From the NCBI GenBank assembly GCA_951406725.2, contig OX597824.1, positions 41,664,001 through 41,728,000 of the forward strand: DNA of 64,000 nt, written 5' to 3'. This stretch comes from Octopus vulgaris (taxonomy: Eukaryota). A program made the translations under genes and the position numbers. The notes beneath the pieces were generated by a model. That model did no database searches and was not told the DNA's origin. It saw only the letters and a list, made by a program, of their open reading frames with translations. Every line of letters begins with the position of its first letter. The stretch's first letter is position 1. This document shows, piece by piece, positions 13,939-27,670 of the stretch.

Positions 13939-14294
13939 ATGACGGCATGTTTGGACATAAATTATAAGTTTGAATGCATAAGTTAGGTTCACATTTTAAG
14001 TAACCCCTTTGGTTACATAGCAATTCTCTCTCTCTTTCTCCCTCTCTCTATCTCTCTCACCCACTCTATCTGTTTAGTCTGTCTCTGTCTATCTACGCGT
14101 TTGTCTCTTTCCCGCTCTCTCTAACACACTCTGTCCGTCTTTCCGTCTCTCTCCGTTTCTCACCGTCTTTGTCTGTCTGTCTGTCTGCCTTGTCTGTCCC
14201 TTTCCCGCTCCGTCTTTCCGTTTGACTCTCTCTCCGTCTCTCTCCATCTCTCACCGTCCCTCGCTCCCACTTCGTCTGTCTCTCTGTGCCCCTA

Positions 14295-14338
<44 letters not shown>

Positions 14339-14649
14339 CTCTCTCAACTACAGAACCGACCGGAGAACAAGCTAGATTAGACTAGTTTCGCCCAGTTTTT
14401 GCCGCTTTGTTTAGCGCCTTTTTTCTTTGTTTTGCTGTATAAGGAGAAAAATATCTACTTACAACTACTTACCATCAAAATTGCAATGAATAACAGCCAG
14501 CGATTTCATTCATTTACAGATCAGTGTGCTTGCAGGAAGAGTGTTAATTAATACTGAAGTACCGTATACGTTTGTGTGTGGGTGGCCATTATTCGTGTAT
14601 GTGTATGCACGCGCGTGTTTGCAGATACGTTCTTAATGTATTTATAAGT

Positions 14650-14830
14650 GCCGGCGAAATGCTTAGCAGTCTCTCTTTACGTTCTGAGTTCAAATTCCAC
14701 CGAGGTCGATTTTGCCTTTCATCCTTTCGGGGTCGATAAATTAAGTACCAGTTGCGTACTGGGGTAGATCTAATCGACAGGCCCCTTCCCTCCAAAATTT
14801 TCGGTCCTTGTGCCTAGAGCAGAAGAGAAT
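14650..14830 (+). mobile_element. SINE family B
   Basis: cgttctgagttcaaattcc.ccgaggtcga.tttgcctttcatcctttcggggtcgataaattaagtaccag. Confidence 0.9.
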
Positions 14831-14854
14831 AAACATACCAGAGTATATATATAT

Positions 14855-15363
<509 letters not shown>

Positions 15364-15387
15364 GGTTTGAAGATGATGTACAGGTAT

Positions 15388-15650
15388 TATATATTAGAAG
15401 AAATAAGGTACTCAGAAATCTAGATGATTTTATATTTACAGATATTTATAAATATGTCACAGGTTTTTATAAATCATATATAAGCGCTTGCGTCCACTCT
15501 AGTGGAGTCTTCAGTTTCACAATCTGAAGACTCCACTAGAGTGGACGCAAGTGCTAATATATGATTTATAAAAACATGTGACATATTTATAAATATCTGT
15601 AAATATAAAACCATCTAGATTTCTGAGTACCTTATTTCTTCTAATATATA
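15388..15650. repeat. Fold-back (127-bp arms, 9-nt spacer) of a PLE-type terminus within (TA)n
   Basis: 15388-15514 is the reverse complement of 15524-15650; each arm starts CTGAAGA-cTCCAC-taga-GTGGAc-GCAA. Confidence 0.85.
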
Positions 15651-15747
15651 TATATATATATATTTATATATATGTATACACACACACACAAATATATTTT
15701 TCTTTGCTTGTTTCAGTCATTTGACTGTGGCCATACTGGGGCACCGC

Positions 15748-15804
<57 letters not shown>

Positions 15805-15812
15805 TGTGTGTG

Positions 15813-15849
<37 letters not shown>

Positions 15850-15857
15850 TGTGTGTG

Positions 15858-15912
<55 letters not shown>

Positions 15913-16881
15913 CATACATACGTATGTATATTCATGTATACATATCTATATTTATACATACGTATGTATATACATGTATACTTACACATTTTCTATTTTT
16001 CTGTAGTTCTTTTCATCTCTCTCTTCCTCTCTTTCTTCCTGCTCGTCTCTCTCTCCAACTCCCCCTCTCTCTTTCGCTATCTGTCTTGTTTCTTTTGATT
16101 CCACATATACTTGAAGATCCTTTGCAAACCATCATCGCCACCACCGCTGCCCCCACTACTATGGACAACAAGACCTGCTGCTTCTGTTGCTGTTGTCCTT
16201 GTCGCTGCTGCTGCTGTGATGTCTATTGTGGTTGCTATTGTTCTTTTCTCTCTCTCTCTTTTTTTTAAACAACAACTCCTGCTGATGTCTTCCTTCGATT
16301 ACCATCTTCACTGTCATCCCACCATTACCCTAACTACCAATTTACTACCATACGTCATACCCTTGCTAACGAAATACTCCACCCTACGGCAATATCCATC
16401 ACTTTTCACTTGCCTCCATTCGTTGAAGCTCTGCTTGTATCGTTGCGATGTTTCATGTCCCTAAGTGTCCAGCCGAGCATAACACAGGTACGTGAGCGGG
16501 AAGGCAAAAATGGTCGGTAGCGGTGACAGCGGCGATGGTGGTGGTGTTGGAGGTGGTGGAGTGTGGGAACTTAGTGCGGTTCGAACAGAGACCGATGACA
16601 GAGTGGTGAGGCGATGTTGTGGGGAGGGTGCATATAGATGCGATGGGCAAATGAGTTATTGGCGTCAGAAGACAATGGCGTGAGAATGTTAGCCGGAATA
16701 GAGCTGAATGAAAAACAAAAAAAAAAAACAGATCAACATAATAGTCAAGCGTCTATAGTACAATATATATATACATCCATACAGCCATATACATATATAT
16801 ATACACACACATATATATTTATATACATACATACATACATACATACATACATACATACATACATACATACATACATACATA

Positions 16882-17066
16882 CAAGGGGGTGCTGAAGAGT
16901 TCCTCTGGTTTTAAGTGTATCGCGAACGCCTGATTGGAAGTCCAAACTTCCGGGTTCTTTTCGGAGCATTAGAAAAAAATGAAAGAGCGTTGCAATAAGT
17001 GTATGAATCTCAGAGTGGGATATGTTAAAAATAAATCATAATCATATATTTTCTTTTACGCAAAGC
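16882..17066 (+). mobile_element. Mariner-derived internally deleted element
   Basis: TIR-like tacaagggggtgctgaagagttcc; transposase C-terminus ERCNKCMNLRVGYVK*. Confidence 0.65.
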
Positions 17067-17080
17067 TATATATATATAAG

Positions 17081-17290
17081 GTTAATCCAAACATGAAAAT
17101 ACAAAGAGAAAACACAACAACGCGAGGACGTGGAACAAGTATATTGTTATTGGACTCACAGGAAAGGAAAGAAAGAAGGAGGATTTAACGTTTTGAGCGG
17201 AGCTCTTCATCAGAAACATAGAAAAAAGAAAAGGTCCAAGGAAGGGAAGACGGAGGAAAAAATCGCCAACGATACACACGCGATCACATA
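17081..17290 (-). mobile_element. Hammerhead-bearing mini-element, copy 3
   Basis: Minus strand GTTT-CTGATGA-A-GAGC-TCC-GCTC-AAAA-CGTT-AAAT. Confidence 0.78.
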
Positions 17291-17544
17291 TTGAATGACC
17301 GGAAGGGAATGGGTGAAGAAAAAGTTCTTTCAAAGACAGGTGAGTGCAAGAGAAGGAGGTATGTGTGTGAATGTGTGGGTATGTGCGCGCAGGTCTATGT
17401 GTGTGTGTATGTGTGTGTAATGATAGCACGTGTGTCTGTGTGTGTGGTTGTGGCTGTTAATCTATACACACACACACGCACACACGCACATATATATATG
17501 TACATATGTATATATGGATGTATAATTATATGTATGTCTACATA

Positions 17545-17619
<75 letters not shown>

Positions 17620-17822
17620 TCAGCTGTAGAAATGAGTTGGACGTCATTAGTGCTAAGTTGTATCCTTCTTTGCCTTGGACAACATCAGTGGCATGGAAAG
17701 GGGAGGCTGATAAGCATGGGCGACTGCTGGTCTTCCATAAACAACCTTGCCCGGACTTGACCCTTTGAGGAAAACTTTCTAGGTGCAATCCCATGGTCAT
17801 TCATGACCGAAGGAGGTTTTTG
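17620..17822 (+). mobile_element. SINE family D 3' part
   Basis: gcatgggcgactgctggtctt..ctaggtgcaatcccatggtcattcatgaccgaaggagg shared with 57905-58182 and 48470-48805. Confidence 0.8.
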
Positions 17823-18379
17823 TCCTTTACATACGTATGTATGTATATACCTATACATAGATATACTCACACACGACACACATGCGTAGGTGCGTATATA
17901 CTTAGGTTCTTTGTTCCTTATGGAAGATAATCCATCGACATCTTTTTCTCCGTTGTGATGTGTCTCTTCTGTTTCTTTCCAGTTGCATTCTTGCTTTTTC
18001 CCCCTTTGCCGTCCGTATCCTGCATTCATCTATTTTTAGAGTGATCCCTATTCCGCCTTTCCCTTGGAATATTTCCTTGAGGGAATGTCTTACTCTTCAA
18101 GTTTCCGTTGGTTTCGAATTGTCGTTGATGCTTTCATAACTGTGCATTTTTTTTTCTAGATAAGATTGATAAAGTTCTAGATGAGTTAGTACATATTAGT
18201 CAGGCGTCTTCCTTTTGACTTTCCCAGCATGGGAACCCTTACTAGGAGTTTGCACCTCTCTGCCATAAGTCTCAGGGTCACTGAGACATACCATCACCAC
18301 AGCTCAACAATGACGAGGTCTTGTGTTTGGCACGTATACAGAAGTACAATTAGCATATACAATATACTACGACCGCTTG

Positions 18380-18980
18380 GAAAGAGAGAATCAGTATGCT
18401 ATGCAAGGCGATACACTTACACCATTCTTATCTATCATTTACCTGGATTACATTCTTCTCACCTCACTTGATAAAGTTAAGACTCTAGGCTACAAAATCT
18501 ACCTCTTCTTGTCACCACACACTATAAGAACAGACTCAGATCATTTTAATTATATAGCCTTTTCTATAGATTACCTCAAGCTGCCACCCTTCTACAAGAG
18601 AGGATTTCAAAGATACAGCAGAAGATATTGGTTTATTTATCACTACCTTAAACGCTGAATACATCTGGTACAGTCAAGAGGGATCAATATGTATAATCAA
18701 ATAGAGACCTTTAAAATTTACAGATTCCTTTGTGTATTTAGGAAGTAACATCACTTCTCCAGAAATGACAAAATTTCGACTTACAAAAGCAAAGGCTCTT
18801 TTTATGGCCTCTGTCAAATATCATGTTAACGATACCAGATTTTTAAGAGAAGCTTCTTCTGTGCCATTGTACAGGTCCATTGCTTGAACACACACCAAAC
18901 ACCTGAAGGCAAGGGTTGATGTAATTTATATCCGCATGTTTATAGAGCTGCTCTAAATATTTTCTTGAAAAGACATCTAG
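18380..18980 (+). pseudogene. Degenerate RTE-clade LINE RT fragment
   Basis: MQGDTLTPFLSIIYLDYIL resembles LQGDTLAPFLFII.LDYVL; later FVYLGSNI and a YIRM..RAALNI-like segment. Confidence 0.72.
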
Positions 18981-19544
18981 CCTTTTGTAAAGTGAATATT
19001 AATTACAGGAATTGGAAGTTTCAATACCTCAAACAATTCACTGGTTTAATTCCGGCTCGTGAAACCTCAAAATACCCAAGCGCGTGAACACACGCATGCA
19101 CGCATATACACAAACATACATAGACACACACCCACGTATGGTTTTATTTCAATTATGCAAATTACCCTAGGCTATGAATGTTCTCTTTTTTTGGATACGC
19201 CTCTTACGTATGACTGCTGGAAATAAGATGGAACAACTGCACTATCGTGACTCCAGGCATCAACTGAGGCATCTATTGAGGCAGAAATACTTGTCCACAG
19301 CTGTCCTCCTTGTCTTCTGGATAAAACCAAAAACAACGACATATGAACACACCAAAATTTTCTCAATGGTATGTCATTTCCAGAGAATTCTTGATTCTTG
19401 AAATTTTCTCTCATTCACAATCAGTTTCGAAGACAATTTCAGAACATCAAGAATTTGATTTCTATAGAATTAATAACAATTTATTTGCTTTTGTTATCCC
19501 AATTCAAGCCACTGGCAACCATGAGCTACCTCGCTCATTTCTGT

Positions 19545-19576
<32 letters not shown>

Positions 19577-19994
19577 TGTATGTATGTATGTATGTATGTA
19601 CGTATGTATGTATGTACGTATGTATGTATGTCTGTATGTATGTGTATGTATATATATGTATACATATATGTCTATATATATATATGCAAATAAGTATGTA
19701 TCTATCTATCTGTCTGTCCGTCTGTATGTGTGTATGTATGCATGTATGCATGTATATGCGCAGGCGTGGTTGTGTGGTGAAGAAGCTTGCAATCCAATCA
19801 AGTTGTTTTGGGTGCAGTCCCATTGTGCGGCACCTTGGGCAAGAGTTTTCTGCTATAAGCCTTGTATGACTTTAAACATAAGTACTGGAGGCGATTTGAA
19901 GATGGTGTCCCATCATAGTAGCAGTCCTATGACTGAAATATATATATTCTTTTTTTGTTATATTCTTTTACTTGTTTCAGTCCTTTGTTTGCTT

Positions 19995-21390
19995 GAGCCT
20001 AGTATTAGGGATGTATTTTATTTGTTGGGAGAAGCCGCTGGCAGCGAGCGCTTGGTTGTAATATGGTGCGTGGTTATTGAATATTTTCTCAGTGGAAGAG
20101 AGGTCAGATATACGGATCGAGATACCCTTGACTGTGTTATCAAAGGTGGATTTGTGGTGATTGGAATGAATGTTTAAGTATTTAAGGCATTGGTTAGGTT
20201 TGTGATAAGGGGAGTATTGGGAGGTTTCTAAGTTTGAAGTTACGTCTAAAAAGTTAGTAGTTTTGTGGGAATTTTCATAAATTAATAGACAGGTTTAGGC
20301 AAGAGAAACATTTGTGTAGATCTTTTCTAGCTCGTTCTAAAGAGGATTTATTTACGCTCTTGGTGACTAGCAAGGCGTCGTCTCCGTAGAGGCTTCCCTT
20401 GAGATTAGGGAAATGTATTTGGAGCTGATGGAGTGTGTATAGTCCAACGAAGTCGGTGACTTGGGCGGAGTCGGATGATCTCATGGTAATGTCAGATAAA
20501 TTGCTATGGTTATTGGTATTGATATGGTGATTGACCCGGCACCAGAGTTTGTCCCCAAAGGAAAAAAAGGGTTTTACGGGCATTAAGGATTATGTTAATT
20601 TCTAGTGGGATAAAGTTAGTTAGATTCCTAGCTAGAAGGAGAGCTTGATTAAGAAGTTTAGGAGAAATAGAAGCGTAGTAATTATTTATATTGAATTGTA
20701 GGAAAGAATAATAATTTTTGTTGTTTAAGAGATGGAACCATGTTATAACTTCACCTGTACAAGATTGTAAGTTGATGTTTAAGCTCTCCTTAACGATTGG
20801 TATTATTTTGTCCAAAATATTTTTACTTATTCTTCCCAGGTCAGATTTGGTGGAGCATATGAGGTGTATCGATGGTTCTTATGATCTTTGAGGTTGAAGC
20901 GTGGCGTGCAGGGCAGACTAGTTTGTTGTATTATTCGATGGTAATAGGATACATATTTCCTGTTTTATCCGAGAAGAGGTGTAATTTAGGGGATGAAATG
21001 ATTCGTTTTATAGTATGTGGAAATTGTTTTTGAAAGGGGGTGATTTATAATTGGAGAATTTAATGTTTGTAATCATATGAAGCATATCTGCTTCAAATTT
21101 GTTGAGTTGTGGATTGAGTGGAGGGTGTTTGTGTGATCGAAGGTTGTATGTGTTGGTGTTACTATCGCTTCGGTATTTTTGGTTGTCGTGGAAGAGGGCT
21201 TTCCATCGCATTCTTCGGATGAGTAAGAGGAAAGTCTTTTGTGAAGGAATAGGTTTGTCCTTAAGAGAGATGCCAAGGAATTGTTTATCTATTATGAAAG
21301 CGTTACCAGTAATAAGTGCTTGTATTTACGAGGGAGCGAAGGTATGAGAGGTATTGGTATCTAGAAGACCCAAAGAATGGCAGGTAACGC
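19995..21390 (-). mobile_element. Decayed Penelope-like element RT of a divergent clade
   Basis: SLKDKPIPS..RRMRWKALF; VITWF..FLQFNINNYYASIS..ARKTLFF; DITM.S.D.AQVTDFVGLY..LYGDDAL; NFLDVT..PYHKPN..SNH..ALAASGF, with stops and frameshifts. Confidence 0.85.
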
Positions 21391-21467
21391 TAAGTAAGTG
21401 CTATGGACAGAACTCTTGGTTCGTTAGTGATACGAATGAGGAGTCTAATGTGGGTCTTGTATTAGCA

Positions 21468-21520
<53 letters not shown>

Positions 21521-21987
21521 TAGACAAAATGAGATAACAAGACCAAGGCTGTGAAAAGTTTTCAGGAAATTTATATGGAAAAAGATATATATAAATATAG
21601 TCTTACTTTTAATTTTGCTACTAAAAATACAACTCAATTTAGTATCAAGCTACCCATACATTTTCTCTACCCATCCCTTAATGCAGCTCTGTCATACACC
21701 CTACTCACATATCTCACACTTATTCACTCCTTACCTTCTTATCGCTTCCTATCCCGCCCCACTCCTATCTCCTCATTCTATCACACACATCTCTCACAAC
21801 CTCATCTGTCCACAAATACTACCTATACATTCTCAAATTTTCATTCAAACCGCAAGATGCTTTCGAATGAGCAGCACAGAATCCACGGCTCCGTACTTTG
21901 AAATGACTAAACGTGAACTACTATTAGAAGTTACATACCATGTACAGGAAGCTTTTTTTACCACTTCTATACACTGCTTTCCTCAAA

Positions 21988-22092
21988 TAAATGCCACACG
22001 CTAGGAGGGACTCTTAACGTAAAAACTACTAAAATAAATAAATATTTTTTGGTAGTTTTGTATTTAAGAGTCCCTCTTAGCGTGTAGCATTT
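21988..22092. repeat. Imperfect fold-back (~50-bp arms)
   Basis: aaatgccacacgctaggagggactcttaa versus ttaagagtccctcttagcgtgtagcattt. Confidence 0.85.
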
Positions 22093-22254
22093 ATGTATAG
22101 TAATGCCCTCAATATAAATAAATATATATATAATAAGAATATAAGTAGTAGTGTCCTTGTGTTACAGGAAGACAATTTACCGTTATACTGCGCTCGTGTA
22201 TTCCATGCTCACTTTTGCTATGGAAAAAACCCCCCAAAAACTAAAAAGCAGTCA

Positions 22255-22630
22255 TCGGCGTGGCTGTGTGGTAAGAACGTTGCTTCCCAACTACATGGTT
22301 TCGTGTTCAGTCCCACTGTATGGCACCGTGGAAAAGTGTCTTTTGTTATAGTCTAGGGCTAACCAAGGCCTTGTGTGTGGATTTGGTAGTCAGAAACACG
22401 CAGATATACATATTTGTTTGTGTTTGTCGTCGTGTCTCTGTACCCCACGACAGCTTGACAACCAGTGTTGGTGTATTTACGTCCCTGTAACTTAAGGGGT
22501 CAGCAAAGCAGACCGATAGAATAAGTACTAGGCTTGAATAAAAGTTATAGATTCCATTTGTTTTGCTAAAAAATCTTCAAAGCGCTGCTCCAGTATGGCC
22601 ATAGTCTAATGACTGAAAAGGGTAACAAGA
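22255..22630 (+). mobile_element. SINE family A, diverged
   Basis: Colinear with 58357-58770. Confidence 0.85.
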
Positions 22631-22676
22631 AAAAAATCAGTAAAAAGAAACATACGTAGACCGGACAGGAGTAGGT

Positions 22677-22718
<42 letters not shown>

Positions 22719-22971
22719 AAGCAGCCAATATAAGGGAGCAGGGTGGACATATAAAACCCCACCTCATAGGTCGGAATGTCCATAATATGCAGGGTGACCC
22801 TCAGGTAGTAATACCTTAATTCTGTCCCCGACACTATATCACAACAATTGGTTTCTGGTATGAACACCCACATGCCATTACTGACGTACTCGATTAAGGC
22901 TGACCCGTGGCTACAGAATAATAGTCACCAGCTATAATAGTATGACTGACATTGTTTTTACACATTCTCTC

Positions 22972-23014
<43 letters not shown>

Positions 23015-23088
23015 GTATGTATGTATGTAACTATGTATGTATGTATGTATGTATGTATGTATATATGTATGTATGTATGTATGTATGC

Positions 23089-23149
<61 letters not shown>

Positions 23150-23299
23150 TAAATAAGCGAGAAAAATCGAAACAAGGCGACGATTGTCAGAGGTGATTCA
23201 TTGAAATGTACGAACATGCATGCATAAGAATTAATCGAATTAATCATCTCTCTCTTTCTCTTCCTTCCTCTCCTTCCTCTCTTTATATAGGTAAGTATG

Positions 23300-23334
<35 letters not shown>

Positions 23335-23517
23335 ATATATATCATATATATTGTAGTTATATATATATATATATATATATAACTACAATATATATATATA
23401 TATATAGTGTGTGTGGGTGTGTGGGCGAGTTATAGGTGTATGTATATATATATATATGCGTGTATGCATATTTGCATATATGTATGTATTACGTTCATAT
23501 GTCTCTCTCTCTCTCTT

Positions 23518-23588
<71 letters not shown>

Positions 23589-24226
23589 ATGTATATACAT
23601 ATATATATAAATACATACATACTTACTCACTCACACACACACATACGTACAGACCAAGACATACACACATCAATAGACACACACCCATTTATTTTTATTA
23701 TTTCCCCCCCCCCCCTCTTTGTCAGCTCTCACTCGGAGCCATAGCATCGATACACCACCCGATCGTTAATTTGTTCCTGTTTAACAGTCTGCGAAGACGA
23801 CGACGACGGCGGCGACAACGATGACGAAGAGCTCGATGTCTGACAACAACGACAACGACGTATAATGGTAAGTATAATGGTGTTGGTGATCCTGGTGATG
23901 GTAATGGTGGTGCTGGTGGTGGTGGTGGCCACGACTGCAGACGATACCACCTGGTTGGCGTTAATGCAGGAAATTGGAAGAAGGGGAAATAATGCTTCCA
24001 ATAAATAGCCTATTCAACTGTTGACCAACGGTGTTGTAGAAAGGTGTAGCCTGACGGTGTAAACAGGTTTTTCAACCATTAAAATATGTGTCTGCAGGAA
24101 CCTGAAACAAAGCAGTTTGCTATTATCATTATTATATCCATGCTTACATATACAAATACAGATATACTGACATAAACATTTATATGTATGTACGTATGTG
24201 TAAACGTGTGTATATATATATGTATT

Positions 24227-24273
<47 letters not shown>

Positions 24274-24390
24274 CACACATACATACACATGCACTTACAA
24301 ATAAGACCATAACGATACATAAGTACTGCATACCTATATGCATGCGTCTAAGTACGTATGATAGTACGTGTGTATTTATTGTATGAATGA

Positions 24391-24450
<60 letters not shown>

Positions 24451-24453
<3 letters not shown>

Positions 24454-24960
24454 CGTTAATGTCACCTGGTAATTGGTGAGTGTTTCACATATTAAACACA
24501 TTATTGCAACAACAAGATCCAGTAGTAGTTGTGTACCTGCATATCTTCAGGTATGTCGGTTCGAAAACACTTTGGGGTCACTGATAGTTTCCCATTGTTT
24601 TATTCTATTTTTAGTATTCCTTTGACAAAAAAACAACACGGAAATAGAAAGCGATACAAATAAAAAATTACCAAAAATAAATTAATGGAGATAAAAAAAA
24701 AATCAAAAATATAAAGTATAAAATAAACCAACCCCTTATATGGGTTAGCGCAGACGTGTTTCGACTTTTATGAGTATAAAACGAAAGGAAACTCTAGGTG
24801 ATCCAACTGCGCTCTTGAACCTATTCACCTGAAGACGTGCAGGCACACAACTATAATCGGATCGTATTAATGCACTAGTGTGTTTAATCTGGGAAGCATT
24901 CAGCAATTACCAGCTGATACTTATACACAGAAACAATTATAGTCATTTGGTCTAAAACCT
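24451..24960. mobile_element. PLE-type terminus with diverged inverted arms (24451-24552 / 24827-24928)
   Basis: Arms align and begin acCTGAAGA; plus arm followed by GAAAC; flanked by (TA)n. Confidence 0.6.
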
Positions 24961-24961
24961 G

Positions 24962-24999
<38 letters not shown>

Positions 25000-25369
25000 T
25001 ATATGTATATGTATGTGTAAATATATGTATGTATATGTATGTGTGTGTGTATATATATATATATAGATATGGGTGTGTGTGTATGTATGTGAGTATGTAT
25101 ATGTGTGTGTGTGTGTGTATATATGTATACATATGTGTATAGGTATAAGTGAGATTTTCCTTATTTACCTAAAACTCTATTCTTCTATATATTTTTTTAT
25201 TCTCCCTTTTTTATTCTTTTATTTATTCTTCTATCTAATTTACCACTGACTCCTTGACCACTCCCCCAAGTATGATTTTTTTGCGCTATGCCTACCCCCA
25301 AAAAGTCCCCCAACACCACCCCTTTAAACCTGCCTAAATGTATAAATGCCAATACAATTCTCGTTAACT

Positions 25370-25420
25370 AGCTTCCTGAAGATTTCTCTTGAATGAAACA
25401 GTTCTAGTCCTGTAAAAGCT
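25370..25420 (+). ncRNA. Type I hammerhead-like motif in a PLE-type terminus (25140-25507)
   Basis: AGCTTC-CTGAAGA-tTTC-tctt-GAAt-GAAA-CAG-ttctagtc-CTG-TA-aAAGCT; two closing-pair mismatches. Confidence 0.6.
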
Positions 25421-25503
25421 CCTTCTATATAATAAATTAATTTTACTCTGCTATGCATTGAGTACCTTATTTACAGTGGTTAACCCCGAATCAACCCGGG
25501 ACC

Positions 25504-25549
<46 letters not shown>

Positions 25550-25552
<3 letters not shown>

Positions 25553-25757
25553 TATCTCCCCACAAAACGAAGTAAAAACACAAGAAAAAAAAAAAACAAC
25601 GCGAGGATATGGTACGTGCAAAGTATTAAAAGACGCTCAGGGAAGGAAAGAAAGGGTGTTTTATGGTTCAAGCAAAGCTCTTCTTCAGAAACAGGAGACA
25701 GAAGAATGTCCAAGAGAAACGGAAGATGTAGGAAAAAATCGCCAACAATCCTCATGT
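25550..25757 (-). mobile_element. Hammerhead-bearing mini-element, copy 4 (degenerate)
   Basis: Minus strand GTTT-CTGAAGA-A-GAGC-TTT-GCTT-GAAC; aacgcgagga and gacgctcagg landmarks. Confidence 0.7.
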
Positions 25758-25899
25758 AGTTTCATTATGCTATAGAAGCAATTTTGAATTAAAATATTCA
25801 TCTACATATCATACTTAATGTAAATACATCGTTGAAAGGTAAAGTTATTGTAAATTAACTTTAGAAACTAAAAAAGAGCACCCCGTATCGGAAAGGTGA

Positions 25900-26310
25900 A
25901 TAAACAGTTATTTTTAAAAAAATGGGATTCTTAATTTCTTTGGAATTTAAGATTTCATGCTGGTGGATATCAGCTTTTTATTCGAACAGAATTTAAATTA
26001 CAGATGGTTCTCCAACGTCGTTGTGTTCATAGAGATTGTTTTCAAAACTATAGAACACGACAAATTTTGAGCTGGTGTTGGAGTTTCTTACATGTTCGGA
26101 CAAGTGTTGTGTACTGGTGTCCAATTATTGCAAGGTAGATGATCATCTCTAGACAAATTAGCAGTTAAAAGTTTTAATCAAGAACATAGAATGTTCATTT
26201 TTAATTATTTATTTTTGCTCATTACAGATATTTTAAAATGTCTAGTCGTATGTAATCATGTATAGCACCATTTCTTTCTTGTTAGAAGCCATCAGCATGA
26301 CATAGGTTGT
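25900..26310 (-). pseudogene. Possible very old Penelope GIY-YIG 3' remnant
   Basis: Minus frame LDTSTQHLSEHVRNSNTSSKFVVFY resembles a PLE endonuclease C-terminus; ctgatat..gcatgaaatctta follows. Confidence 0.3.
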
Positions 26311-26744
26311 GGCTTATTAATTAAACTAAATAAAACATGTTACGAAGTGAGACATTTCGGTCATGGCTGGAACATCTTAATTTATTGGTCAACTTGATCA
26401 AGGCTGATCTGGTGCGAAATGAAAATAATTAAAAATATGATCACACTTGTGGACTGTATCCCACAAAACCTGTCAAACGTACAAAGAACCTCATGTACGT
26501 ATTACGTCTATAAAAAATCGGTCCTATAAGCACATACGTATATTTACATTCTGCATGTATGTATGAATGTATGTATGCATGTATGCATATATGCATGTAT
26601 GTATGTATGTATGTATGTATGTATGTATGTATGTATGTATGTATGTATGTATGTATGTATGTATGTATGTATGTATGTATGTATGTGTGTGTGTGTGTGT
26701 GTATGTGTGTGTGTGTTTGTATTTATGAGTGTATAAAAACATAT

Positions 26745-26992
26745 CAAAGGCCCTTCTCGAGTTATAGGCTTATAAGGCCGATTTCTAGGTTTCTGTCGCA
26801 TATATACTTCCCCACCTTGAGCAGGGCTCCGATTCATCCCAAGATTATTCATTTTTGCCGACTGAGTAGTCTGCAGCAACGTGAAATGAAGTGCTTTGTT
26901 CAGGAACAAAGCGCATCGCCCGCTCAAAGAATCGAAACTACAATCTTACGATCATGAGTGTAACACCCTTACTACTAAGTCACGCGCCTCCA
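26745..26992 (-). mobile_element. SINE family E
   Basis: Reverse complement of a tRNA head (ggaggcgcgtgacttagtag..gtttcgattc) and ttgttcctgaacaaagcacttcatttcacgttgct. Confidence 0.8.
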
Positions 26993-27034
26993 CATGTGTA
27001 CGTATGTGTGTGTATATATGTATGTATGTATGTA

Positions 27035-27177
<143 letters not shown>

Positions 27178-27589
27178 GTGTGTACGTGTACTTATATGTG
27201 TGTCTCTATATATATGCGTATACATATGTATATGTGTATGTGTGCATGTTTATTTATATATATATGTATACATGTATTTATATTTCTGTATGTATGTATG
27301 TGCGTATACACACATCACATACACACACTATGCATATTACTACATATTTACACACGTACACATGTTTGTGTATGTATGCATGTATAATATGTATGTAAGT
27401 ATGTATGTATATGTGTATGTATGTATAAATGAATACATATGCATAAAGCCTGCTCATCTTTAGCATCTGCCCAGGAGTGACTAATCAATATAATTACTAA
27501 TAAAGCCAGTTTATTGTTGTCAGCAGAGAATGTAACATTCCCATTCGCATGTATCTGACCCATCAGACGGGGTGGCAAGCGGGTGGGGA

Positions 27590-27670
27590 AACACTAATGA
27601 CGTCATCCATTTGCTCAGGATCCTGTTGACGTCAACACATTGTGAGCTAATGCTGACATGTCATCACTCA
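27590..27670. promoter_or_regulatory. Candidate enhancer with two full CRE palindromes
   Basis: TGACGTCA at 27598-27605 and 27627-27634, TGACATGTCA at 27654-27663, in non-repetitive sequence. Confidence 0.3.

Noticed and set aside
16111-16740. GC-richer stretch with a plus-strand CAG|GTACGT donor
   Set aside because: Mostly degenerate trinucleotide repeats; no matching acceptor or convincing reading frame
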